From a virus, in the IMG/VR virus record IMGVR_UViG_3300035038_000021, positions 1-35,368 of that record: a DNA stretch of 35,368 nt. One strand, given 5' to 3'. This document shows, piece by piece, positions 15,972 through 24,484 of this stretch; within the stretch, counting starts at the first letter, position 1; each line of letters begins with the position of its first letter. The notes beneath the pieces were generated by a model that was given only the letters and a program-made list of their open reading frames with translations, ran no database searches and had not been told where the DNA came from. Both the position numbers and the translations under genes were made by a program.

Positions 15972-16267
15972 TATTGTGTTTCCTCCAAGTCGATTGGTGA
16001 ATTGAGATTTATTTCTTTGTGGATTTGTGAGATTAGTTCTATTATTTCCCTGCGGATATTATCTGATATGCTGTACTGCGCAAGTATTTCCCCCATGACA
16101 CGTGCGCTGTAATATGATGACATGTTGGATTTGAGTAGTGCATCATATTGTGCTGCTGCAGATTTTTGCAGTTGCACGTCCGTCAGTGCAGAAAGTAATT
16201 TTTGCACAATCTCGGCTGCGGTTACCTCATTCAATGTACATCTGTTCAATTCACATCCGTTTAGCAT
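15971..16267 (-). CDS. Hypothetical protein
   Basis: In operon with a 1-nt overlap. Confidence 0.6.
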   Translation of the reverse strand: MLNGCELNRCTLNEVTAAEIVQKLLSALTDVQLQKSAAAQYDALLKSNMSSYYSARVMGEILAQYSISDNIRREIIELISQIHKEINLNSPIDLEETQ

Positions 16268-16281
16268 ACGTTTTCGCTCAG

Positions 16282-16596
16282 TTAATCCAAATCTTCTTCA
16301 TTTATCTTCGTTGCTTTAGCAAAATTCAAAACTTCTGCTTTGTTTTGATTAATGTATGCTCGCAACTTGTTTTTTGTATCAATTGTAACAGTCACTCCGT
16401 CTGTACTTGTATATTCCTTTGGGAAAGTCCACCAGAACGCAGTCTCATCGTATTTGTATATCGTCTGTTCTTCTTCGGTCATCTCGTCAATGCGAGTGAC
16501 GGTTTCCAGATTCCAGCGGACGAGCAATCGAGCACGCCCGTTCTTAATTTTGTCAATGTAAATTTCCTGTGGTTGTATTGTTGATTGTACTTTCAT
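16282..16596 (-). CDS. Hypothetical fibre-associated protein (start refined to MKVQST)
   Basis: AGGTGA RBS; directly follows the fibre gene. Confidence 0.6.
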   Translation of the reverse strand: MKVQSTIQPQEIYIDKIKNGRARLLVRWNLETVTRIDEMTEEEQTIYKYDETAFWWTFPKEYTSTDGVTVTIDTKNKLRAYINQNKAEVLNFAKATKINEEDLD

Positions 16597-16608
16597 AATA
16601 ATCACCTA

Positions 16609-18396
16609 TCATGGGATAAACTCGAAGCGAGCGCCGAGACTCCGATTCGAATACGAAGACCCGTTAGCCGAATTCAGAGAACCGACCCCCGCAAGCGACC
16701 CGTCAATCCAAGTCCCGCCGGAGAGCAGAATGTTTGTTTCTCCTGCATCATGGACATAGAAGTAGTCGCACAAATACGTTGAACTACTGCCTGCGGTCTC
16801 TGAACCTATCATTAGATATTGAAGCAGATTTTCGGTCTCTACATCGGATTGATACCCATCTCCAGCGGTTGGGGGAGTAACGATACTTGCTTCGTATTCT
16901 CCTGCGGCAAGGTCACCTGCCAGAACACCCGTGCCGTCTCGTTTGCTGATTCTGTATTCTGCATCGACTGCTGTATATCCAATACAGAATTTCCACACAT
17001 TTCCCCAGAGGTTCTCCAATCCACGATATGCAATCGGAGTATATCCATCTGAGCCTGTGCCGGTGCCTGTACCATTAATTCCGACATTCGAATCTATGGA
17101 GTCTGCCCCTGTCAGTTCGCCGGCAAACCCAGTACCAGCATCTAAATCTACTACACCCCTGCCAAGTGCGGTTTGACTGTCCAAACTACCCATTTCAGTA
17201 TAGAACAATAACCGGATTGCAGACATTGTCCAGATATTCATACACCCGTATCCGCTACCGATATTGTTTGCATACAATTCAGCGTCATCTATCGTAAATC
17301 TGCCCGAGTTTGGCAAATCAGGGTAACCGACATTGCCTGTAACAGGTTGTTTTCCTGTAGCGGATTGTAGTTTGAATGTGGTATCCAGAATTCCTGATGC
17401 TTCATATGCAGAAATGAACATTTCCGGTACTTCTACTCCACCTCTCATACGTGTATTTGGGAATCTCTCAAATCCTGACAATCTTACAGGTGATAACCAA
17501 ATCCTAATGTATCTACTATCTGCATAATATTTAACATCAAATGCAGGCAACCTTACCATTACATTACCAGATGCACCTGTAAGGTCAAGTCCATCGCCTC
17601 TAGGATTGCTTCCATAAGTAACTTCACCTGTTGCAGGATCAATTACACACCGCCAAATATTTCCCCATATAGCATGGTTATCAAAAAATGATGTATCTGG
17701 ATTGATGGTATTACCATTAATATCAATTTGCCTCAATGACGGTGAACTACTGTCCCTATCCCATTCAAATCCAACAGGCATCATACTCTGGAGTGTTCCA
17801 ACATCATCCATTGTAGCAAAGGGATTGGTACTTGATGGAGTATTTGCACCACTTAATGCTGCTTTTTCATCAGGAGTAGGATCATTTGCATTGGTATGAT
17901 GATCTGTTGCACCGACATTAATTAAATCAGTATGAGAACCACTGAAGTAATTATGAGAAGCATTAGTAGCGTGATTTGTATCTCCATTTATTGCGGTGAT
18001 TGCTTCACTATCGGTATATTTAGCATGATGGGCATCAGTAGCGGAAATATGAGAGTCTATTCGGGGATTAATTCCGTAAGTTGGATCTTCAAACGTGCCT
18101 GCAGTGATAAGTAGCGCCACCATATTTCCTGCCGGATGGCTCGTGTCGGGTGTTTCTTCTTTGCCTCTTGTTACAGTGAGTGTATCTGTGGATTTCGCGG
18201 TTACTTCCACGATCTCAGCGTTGGGATCATCACCGGGAGATGAATGTATATCATAATCCCATATCGTCACCCTGTATGGAAATGAATCAGGAAATAGTAC
18301 CCCTTCTCCTGCTGCTAATGTGACTGTACTATCTCCGGTATTCACATCTGATGCGAGGTTGGATACGGCGTTGTTTGTATAGTGGAAAGGGGTCAT
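16609..18396 (-). CDS. Fibre/receptor-binding protein with C-terminal FGE-type C-type lectin domain
   Basis: GLENLWGNVWKF...GGTW...GARF C-terminus typical of CLec DGR targets; His-rich stalk. Confidence 0.75.
   Translation of the reverse strand: MTPFHYTNNAVSNLASDVNTGDSTVTLAAGEGVLFPDSFPYRVTIWDYDIHSSPGDDPNAEIVEVTAKSTDTLTVTRGKEETPDTSHPAGNMVALLITAGTFEDPTYGINPRIDSHISATDAHHAKYTDSEAITAINGDTNHATNASHNYFSGSHTDLINVGATDHHTNANDPTPDEKAALSGANTPSSTNPFATMDDVGTLQSMMPVGFEWDRDSSSPSLRQIDINGNTINPDTSFFDNHAIWGNIWRCVIDPATGEVTYGSNPRGDGLDLTGASGNVMVRLPAFDVKYYADSRYIRIWLSPVRLSGFERFPNTRMRGGVEVPEMFISAYEASGILDTTFKLQSATGKQPVTGNVGYPDLPNSGRFTIDDAELYANNIGSGYGCMNIWTMSAIRLLFYTEMGSLDSQTALGRGVVDLDAGTGFAGELTGADSIDSNVGINGTGTGTGSDGYTPIAYRGLENLWGNVWKFCIGYTAVDAEYRISKRDGTGVLAGDLAAGEYEASIVTPPTAGDGYQSDVETENLLQYLMIGSETAGSSSTYLCDYFYVHDAGETNILLSGGTWIDGSLAGVGSLNSANGSSYSNRSLGARFEFIP
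16615..16734 (-). other. DGR-type variable region (orphan)
   Basis: 40 consecutive codons with no third-position A at the CLec C-terminus; no template repeat or RT seen in the window. Confidence 0.6.
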
Positions 18397-18405
18397 GAAA
18401 TCACC

Positions 18406-18885
18406 TCAGGAAGATTCGGCAGATATCTCGAACTGCAAGTCGGTGTAGCCGAGTGCGGAAGCATCCACGGTTCTGCGTATCCAGATTGCCTGGTATTCGT
18501 TCTGTGCAAGGTTGCCTATACTCAGAGCATTGCCGTCTGCTTTTGCGGTTGGCTGGACATACGTAAGGCCTGTGCCTTCGTCTGTTTTCGTGCCTGCATC
18601 CGTCCCAAGTGCTATGCCGATGTGTACATCGTTGTTGCTGGAATCCTGCCCGCTACTAATCCACGATATTACGCCGTTCCAGGTATCAGCGTTTTCGTTG
18701 CGAATGAAAATCTTGCGGTATTCTACGTCACCGGATTCTCGCTCTGCGTTTGATACATCGTCAAAAATGTTCTGGTCTGCACCGCTTGTTATCTCGCTTG
18801 CGGTGTCAATATCTCCGCCGTGAGTATCTCCCTCTGTCCATGTGGTACATTGATACCACTTGATGAGTGCTGGGTCAATCGCCAT
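18406..18885 (-). CDS. Putative virion structural protein
   Basis: Directly after the capsid gene; GG...NIFDDVS...G...YRKIFIRN motif. Confidence 0.55.
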   Translation of the reverse strand: MAIDPALIKWYQCTTWTEGDTHGGDIDTASEITSGADQNIFDDVSNAERESGDVEYRKIFIRNENADTWNGVISWISSGQDSSNNDVHIGIALGTDAGTKTDEGTGLTYVQPTAKADGNALSIGNLAQNEYQAIWIRRTVDASALGYTDLQFEISAESS

Positions 18886-18895
18886 ATTATTACCT

Positions 18896-18910
18896 CAAAA
18901 AGAAGAAGGG
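18896..18910 (-). terminator. T-rich archaeal-type terminator after the capsid gene
   Basis: CCCTTCTTCTTTTTG 16 nt after the stop. Confidence 0.4.
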
Positions 18911-18926
18911 TTAGGACTTAACCCGC

Positions 18927-19778
18927 TTATGTGGTGTCAAGTCCTGTCAGTACGTAGCAAGCCTTGTTGGTGTCGCTGTCGGTCTGGTGGATGTTGCCCT
19001 TGACCTGTCTCCAAACATCGATCTGGTAGACTTCTCCACCGCTCATGAGGTCTTTACGGCGGGCTTTTACTGGACCCATACCCATTACGAGCCCCGGTGC
19101 ATTCTGAGCGACTACTACGGCTGCTTCATCAGAGATGTTGTCGTCAATTTCCTCGGATACGTAGATTGGAATGTTGTAGCCCGGGACTACTGCGGTTGCG
19201 TTCTCAAATGCAGAGATGTTTCCTGCTCCAAAGTTATTGATGCTGGAGTTTGCCACATAGTTGCCGAATGCTACAGTACCCATTGCGATTCCTGTTGCCC
19301 TGAATGGCCGGATTGCACTTACTGCGGTTGCAATGTCTGCAAGCGGATTGTTGTCTCCTCCCCAGTCTGCTCCTGCCGAGGTCTGTGGATCGGTGTTGGC
19401 TGCGGAGACGATCTTTTTCATTGCGAGTTGTGCGAGTCTGTCAGATGCTCCACTAATCTGCAATGAGAGTGGATCTCCTGCTCTGCTCTTGTAGCGAGAT
19501 TCATCAGTCACGGCTACTTTGACACGGTCTTTTTTCAGGCTGAATTCTACATCTGTGAATTCACTGCCGTCTATTTCAGATTCTTCAAGCGGACCGAGGT
19601 CTTCGTTTCCGGCCGGTATTGAGTATACCGGAATGGTTGCTGTTAGTTCGGGCACCTGTGCTGTTTGACAGAGGGGCATAAGATCAGTCATCTCTATGCT
19701 ACCCTTGATCACTCGCATTGCGATATTTTTTGCGTCAAGTGAACCTGATATGTTTTGTGGTGTTGTGATTCCTGGCAT
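18927..19778 (-). CDS. Major capsid protein (HK97-fold expected)
   Basis: Position after the scaffold/protease and decoration genes; 283 aa; E-loop/spine-helix-like pattern. Confidence 0.75.
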   Translation of the reverse strand: MPGITTPQNISGSLDAKNIAMRVIKGSIEMTDLMPLCQTAQVPELTATIPVYSIPAGNEDLGPLEESEIDGSEFTDVEFSLKKDRVKVAVTDESRYKSRAGDPLSLQISGASDRLAQLAMKKIVSAANTDPQTSAGADWGGDNNPLADIATAVSAIRPFRATGIAMGTVAFGNYVANSSINNFGAGNISAFENATAVVPGYNIPIYVSEEIDDNISDEAAVVVAQNAPGLVMGMGPVKARRKDLMSGGEVYQIDVWRQVKGNIHQTDSDTNKACYVLTGLDTT

Positions 19779-19793
19779 GTTTCATCATCTCCT

Positions 19794-20171
19794 TTACCTT
19801 GCGAGCCCTACCCATAGTGTGCCAGTTCCGCCACTGGGTATTGCTTCCATTACTGTCCCTGCTACTTCTGCGTTTGCAACAAAATCTGCTGCTGCAATCT
19901 TTCCGCTTGCTCCGGCCATTGCGAGTGCGCCTTTGTCTATTGCGGAGTCTGTAGCTGTGACTTCTACCCGGCCCCAAAACACGGCATCGATTGTTTCGTC
20001 CGCTGCGCTTGCTGGTCCGATTGCTACCGCAAATTTGCCAGTGTCTGCATCTGCTACAGGATCCCATTTTCCGTCTGCTTCGAGGTGAATGAGTTGTCCT
20101 TTTGCGATTGCTGCTCCGCTTGTGACCGGAATCACTACGGCCTCTTCGCCTTTGATATCGCCTGCTGCCAT
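19794..20171 (-). CDS. Capsid cement/decoration protein (DUF2190-like)
   Basis: Ala/Gly-rich, AIAKGQLI...AIDKGAL...G; located between scaffold and capsid. Confidence 0.75.
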   Translation of the reverse strand: MAAGDIKGEEAVVIPVTSGAAIAKGQLIHLEADGKWDPVADADTGKFAVAIGPASAADETIDAVFWGRVEVTATDSAIDKGALAMAGASGKIAAADFVANAEVAGTVMEAIPSGGTGTLWVGLAR

Positions 20172-20173
20172 GA

Positions 20174-21217
20174 TTATTCCTCCACGTCAATGCTGATTCC
20201 GAGGTCACTCATTTCTTTTTCAAGTGCAGAGTTACCGGAAGTGTTTGAGAATTCGTTGCCTTCCCTGTGTGTTTCAGGTGGCCTTTCGGCATTGGCTTTT
20301 GCGACTTTCATCCAAAACTGGTCTTTGTCGGTGTTGTAGAGTTCTCTCATACTGGACTCTTTAGATTCGTCGGCAATCATGCCAGGAGGGATGTAGTTAT
20401 CTTTGATGTTCTGCCACTGCCTGTTCTCTTCTGCGTTTGCGAATTCAGTGAGCTGCTTTTCGGCCTGCTCGAGTTTTGCTTCAACCTCGGACTTTTCTGT
20501 GTTGAGCCTTTCAACTGCGGTTTCCAGTTCGGAGACCTTTTCATCTTTCTGCTGTACCTCGGTGTTCATTCTCTCGATTGCTTTTTCCTTATCGGAAAGG
20601 TCACGTTCGAGGGTTGCCATCTTCACAGCTGCTTCAGTTTCGGACATGTGCTTGTTTTCCTCCGTATTGTTGTGTGATTGATCACGTTCAGAATTTAGGA
20701 ACATCGTGAGTTTGTCACGAGGGTTGGCGGTATTTTTGTCGAATGCCAGAACGTATGAAGGCATTACTGGCGATTGTATCTGGTTAGTGCCTGGAGCAAG
20801 AAAAGATGTAGAAATCTGGATTTCTCCGGCCTTTATCCTTTCGTCATATTCGGCATTGGTGATCGCGGCTTTGGCCTGCAATCTCCGCTGACCTTCCTCC
20901 ATGATTTCCGGTTCCTGGATATTACCGATTGGAACTGCGTCATATTGCTGGAGTGCAGTTTCAGGATCCGCGTTGAATTCATCCACCGGTATATGTCTGC
21001 CATCGGGAACATATACCAGAGGAATTCCCTGCCACCTCTCTATGCTATCCTTGAAACTATCTGCAGGATAGTAGACCTCGGCATCTCCGTACTGCAATGC
21101 CTGGTCTAACCCTTGCAGGATTACGTCATGTATTCCATTCTCATAAGAATTGAGGACTACCGCCGAGTTAGTCCTTTCGATATACCCTGTGCTATCCTCG
21201 TCTGCCATCATATCCAT
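20174..21217 (-). CDS. Capsid maturation protease/scaffold fusion (DUF2213-like)
   Basis: YYPADSF...WQGIPLV...H N-terminal domain plus an acidic coiled-coil C-terminus. Confidence 0.7.
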   Translation of the reverse strand: MDMMADEDSTGYIERTNSAVVLNSYENGIHDVILQGLDQALQYGDAEVYYPADSFKDSIERWQGIPLVYVPDGRHIPVDEFNADPETALQQYDAVPIGNIQEPEIMEEGQRRLQAKAAITNAEYDERIKAGEIQISTSFLAPGTNQIQSPVMPSYVLAFDKNTANPRDKLTMFLNSERDQSHNNTEENKHMSETEAAVKMATLERDLSDKEKAIERMNTEVQQKDEKVSELETAVERLNTEKSEVEAKLEQAEKQLTEFANAEENRQWQNIKDNYIPPGMIADESKESSMRELYNTDKDQFWMKVAKANAERPPETHREGNEFSNTSGNSALEKEMSDLGISIDVEE

Positions 21218-21231
21218 TTAAGAAACTACCC

Positions 21232-21244
21232 CTATTTATATATT
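21232..21244 (-). promoter_or_regulatory. Putative late promoter motif AATATATAAATAG (head operon)
   Basis: Exact 13-mer repeat. Confidence 0.6.
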
Positions 21245-21294
21245 CCTTTAAATAGTCCACGAATTGCAAGTATATCCACAAACAAATGTTAGGA

Positions 21295-21530
21295 TAACCT
21301 GCATTTCTACTGGAGATAAAAATCTCTCTATAACTCTCTCTCTATACCTATATTATATTATATTATATTATATAACTAATATATATACTTTACTAAGAGT
21401 TAATATAAGAGAAAGAGAGAGTATAAATAAGAAAGAAAACCCTTATATAGTAATAATATATTATAATATAATATGGAAAAAGAGAGAACCCTTTAGAGGT
21501 TTTTTCTGGTTCCAGTTGAAATGAGGGTTA
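21295..21530. other. Putative replication origin 1: inverted ORB-like boxes flanking an AT-rich unwinding element
   Basis: TCCAGTAGAAATGCAGGTTA (21314-21295, minus) and TCCAGTTGAAATGAGGGTTA (21511-21530, plus) flank 196 bp of AT-rich DNA with (TATTA)n. Confidence 0.7.
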
Positions 21531-21548
21531 AAGTAGAAAGGTCAGAGA

Positions 21549-21950
21549 ATGCCGTCCGGGAAAGTACACGAAGTTGTCAATATCGCCGCAATCACGTACC
21601 TGTCTTTGTCAGACGCGTTCCCCACCGATTGTACCACCACCAGAGCGATATTCCTTATGACGGGCATCCTCGGCACTTTCTACTTGTCTCCTGATCTGGA
21701 CACGCCATACTCCAAGCCTCGCACTCGCTGGGGGATGTTCGGTTTTGCCTACCGGGCATTCTCCCACCGAGGTGTGCTACACAATCCTATTCTTGCACCA
21801 ATTCTCTTATCACTCCCATTACTCCCACTCATGATAGCAACATTCACCCTTTTTCCCTCACGACCTGTATATACAGGTGCTATACTTGCGGCTAACATGT
21901 TACAGTGTGAACTTCATGTATCGCTGGATTACATCAAAACACTTTTATAA
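21549..21950 (+). CDS. DUF2227-family putative membrane metal-binding protein
   Basis: MPSGKVH...LSPDLD...RWG...HRGVLH...H pattern with hydrophobic helices. Confidence 0.75.
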   Translation: MPSGKVHEVVNIAAITYLSLSDAFPTDCTTTRAIFLMTGILGTFYLSPDLDTPYSKPRTRWGMFGFAYRAFSHRGVLHNPILAPILLSLPLLPLMIATFTLFPSRPVYTGAILAANMLQCELHVSLDYIKTLL

Positions 21951-22311
21951 GTTAGAACTTTAAATTAGAACTAGGCGTAAGCAACACGGTGACTCCTTTC
22001 ACGAAAGACACGGGACTATCTAAGGCGAACTGGAACTAGCTGTCACCAAAAGTTCCATATCTGGCATATAACTTTTTTACCGTGTTGCTTAATCTTTCCT
22101 ACTGCGGACATCAACTATCCTTGAATAATCTATTCTCCTGTAATTCCCGCACCGAACCCAACAAGCAACTGCTCTGCAAAAACAACTACAACCGGCTGCA
22201 GGATGCGTTCTCATTCGTAGGCCAGAAGTTACAGCCTCCACATTACGAGAAGCCGGAACCAAAAAAAATAAGCGATAAAATAAAAGGATTGTTGGGTGGG
22301 AAATAACCCAC

Positions 22312-22443
22312 TCAGTCTTTTTTTTCGTCTCTTACAAAATAGATGTAAGCCGTTTTGCCAATATGCTCACGGCCTACGTAGATGTCTCCTGATTTCCTCA
22401 CCTGTTTGATTAGGTGAGGTTCAAAATGAGTAGGTTCTGTCAT
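22312..22443 (-). CDS. DUF2080/AbrB-like small DNA-binding protein, 43 aa (start refined)
   Basis: KQVRKSGDIYVGREHIGKTAYIYF swapped-hairpin pattern. Confidence 0.5.
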   Translation of the reverse strand: MTEPTHFEPHLIKQVRKSGDIYVGREHIGKTAYIYFVRDEKKD

Positions 22444-22447
22444 TGGA

Positions 22448-23233
22448 TCACCATGTGTGGTATCGTACTGTTTTTGTGGTGCCGTCGGGCATTGCATATT
22501 CTATAATTTCATCAATATCGCATGATTCTTCTGGATCGTTGCATTCTTCGTGTGTCTTTGACAATATCTGCTTTTCTCCTGTCTGTGTAGCCTTCTCCAT
22601 CATTGCCTGTCTTTCTTTGTTGTCTTTCTCCTTCTTTTCCTCTTTCTGTTCTACTATTGAGTTGTATATCTCCATCATTTCATCGTTTGATATCTCGAAC
22701 CATCCGGCAGGTGTATACAATCCAGTGTCCCTTTCAGAATGTGCGCTCTTTTCTGTGAGAGCATCAATCAGATTTCTTTTATTTTTCTGAATTGTCTCCT
22801 CGATTTCCTTCAGGTCTGGCCTGAATTCCGTGTCTACATCTGCGGATACATATAGTTGATGTGTGTCTCCCCCGATTGCCCAGTACCATTTTTTGACGGT
22901 TTGTTTCTGTGCGTCGTCCTTCAGTTCGTTGATTTTCTCTTCCGCTGTGCTCCTGACATACTCCAATGCGTCTTGTGGAAGTGAAAACAATACAGATTTC
23001 TTAGAATTCAGTTTTTTGGCAAGATCGCTGAATTTTGAGAATTGAATTCCTTCTATCTTCTCTCCATTCCTCATATCGTAGGACAACATGTTGCTGAAAA
23101 ACGTTGTCTCAATTTCGAATGGTCTTGAGACTCTCAGAGAAAACATTGGAACGCTCTCTCCGTTTGTCTTTGCCATACGGTTGTACTCAATCTCAAAATC
23201 TTTCTTTTCTGTGTTGTACTCCATTTCAAACAT
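22448..23233 (-). CDS. Hypothetical protein (261 aa)
   Basis: Long ORF with its own promoter/operator-like upstream region. Confidence 0.75.
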   Translation of the reverse strand: MFEMEYNTEKKDFEIEYNRMAKTNGESVPMFSLRVSRPFEIETTFFSNMLSYDMRNGEKIEGIQFSKFSDLAKKLNSKKSVLFSLPQDALEYVRSTAEEKINELKDDAQKQTVKKWYWAIGGDTHQLYVSADVDTEFRPDLKEIEETIQKNKRNLIDALTEKSAHSERDTGLYTPAGWFEISNDEMMEIYNSIVEQKEEKKEKDNKERQAMMEKATQTGEKQILSKTHEECNDPEESCDIDEIIEYAMPDGTTKTVRYHTW

Positions 23234-23242
23234 CTCCTGTCA

Positions 23243-23265
23243 CAGGGCGTATATCTCACGCCCTG
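23243..23265. promoter_or_regulatory. Inverted repeat CAGGGCGT-N7-ACGCCCTG, operator-like
   Basis: Perfect 8-bp arms between a TATA tract (about 23291-23302) and the ATG at 23233. Confidence 0.45.
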
Positions 23266-23332
23266 CTTCTACTCTACTATACGCACGCATATTATATATA
23301 TGTTTGCACGCACATAATTACAAAAAAATAAT

Positions 23333-23734
23333 TCACTCAAGTTCTTTGTATTCGATACTTATTTCCTCAAATACCGGATCGTATTGTCCGACAACAAGTT
23401 CTCTTTGTGTCTGGGTTTCATATATCCGGGTATATACTACATCATTACCTCCAGTTTCCTTTTGCAGGTAGTTCGTAGCATTATAAACCAACTCTTCTGC
23501 CTGATGTGTTGTTATTTCGTATGGATCCACAAACACAACTATGGACATGCTGTTTTCGTGATATTCCACACCAGTATATGAAATGTTATTTGTTGCAAGA
23601 TATTCTCTTGTGTACTGCTCGATCTGTTCTTTTTCTGTCGGGCCGTCCGGTGCATCTTCACCGAATATCAACCCAATCATAGAAAGTGCCAGAAAGGCAA
23701 CCACGACAACTATCAGTATTGTTTTACTATTCAT
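23333..23734 (-). CDS. Membrane-anchored or secreted protein
   Basis: N-terminal hydrophobic segment ILIVVVVAFLALSMIGLIFG followed by an acidic domain. Confidence 0.75.
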   Translation of the reverse strand: MNSKTILIVVVVAFLALSMIGLIFGEDAPDGPTEKEQIEQYTREYLATNNISYTGVEYHENSMSIVVFVDPYEITTHQAEELVYNATNYLQKETGGNDVVYTRIYETQTQRELVVGQYDPVFEEISIEYKELE

Positions 23735-23748
23735 GTTCTAATCTCCTG

Positions 23749-24372
23749 TTATTCATTATTATTATTATCAACCACTGCGACCTTAACACACCTGCAGTTA
23801 GGCTCTCCCAGGCTTGGCGCATCCCGGATATTGTACACCTGTCCGTGCCTATCCGCATGACTTGACCGGACTCTCTCATCTTCTGCAGTTATCCATTGCA
23901 CTTTGTCTACTCCTTGCTCTTCCAATCTGCGAGTGTTTGCGATATCCTGAATCTTTGCCGTTTCTGTCCGGGCAACCATCTCTGCATGACGCTTACGCTG
24001 CCTGAAATATTTGCGTAAGGGCTTCTTGATATCATCAATGCTCTTTCCTTCACGGATTCCAGTATTAATCATGTCAGCCACTTCTTCCCTGGCTTTCTGG
24101 TTTGCTTCCTGAAACCATGGCTTAAAAATAAGGTTTCCGTTTTCCACGACATAACCTCCGCCCTGCTCTACAAGGAGCCGTTTGTACTCTGCTGCGTAGT
24201 CTTCTGCAGCCTGCTTAACAAGATTAAAACTCAACTTGACACCTACTTGCTTTTGTGCGAATAAGTCTCCGGCAATGTAGGCCTTTGTGGCTGTATAGGT
24301 CAATGCAGAAGCCAGCCCCGTTTCAAGTTTATCCATCGCATTGCTGATTTGTTGCGAAGTCTGCGGCTTCAT
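23749..24372 (-). CDS. Minor head morphogenesis protein (Mu gpF/SPP1 gp7 family)
   Basis: ARTE...WITAEDERVRSSH...PNCRC. Confidence 0.9.
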   Translation of the reverse strand: MKPQTSQQISNAMDKLETGLASALTYTATKAYIAGDLFAQKQVGVKLSFNLVKQAAEDYAAEYKRLLVEQGGGYVVENGNLIFKPWFQEANQKAREEVADMINTGIREGKSIDDIKKPLRKYFRQRKRHAEMVARTETAKIQDIANTRRLEEQGVDKVQWITAEDERVRSSHADRHGQVYNIRDAPSLGEPNCRCVKVAVVDNNNNE

Positions 24373-24484
24373 TGTACACCTCCCTCATCTCTTTCCGGGC
24401 ATTGATGCGCCCCATTACATAAGATGCAGAGGATATAATCACTCCAAAAAATACTCCCATCAAAACGGCTATTACCTCCATCAT
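24329..24484 (-). CDS. 51-aa single-pass membrane peptide (not in ORF track)
   Basis: Translated by hand: MMEVIAVLMGVFFGVIISSASYVMG...; ATGA overlap with the RyR gene stop; overlaps the gpF 5' end. Confidence 0.45.
   Translation of the reverse strand: MMEVIAVLMGVFFGVIISSASYVMGRINARKEMREVYNEAADFATNQQCDG

Noticed and set aside
16282-16596. Gene after the variable region as DGR Avd, with a complete DGR
   Set aside because: Beta-rich sequence unlike the helical Avd; no reverse transcriptase or template repeat seen in the window (by-eye search only).
21264-21524. 86-aa plus-strand ORF
   Set aside because: Low-complexity Tyr/Ile translation of the AT-rich origin-like element.
22082-22306. 74-aa plus-strand ORF
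   Set aside because: GTG start without a clear RBS and no motif; cannot be supported, though not excluded.
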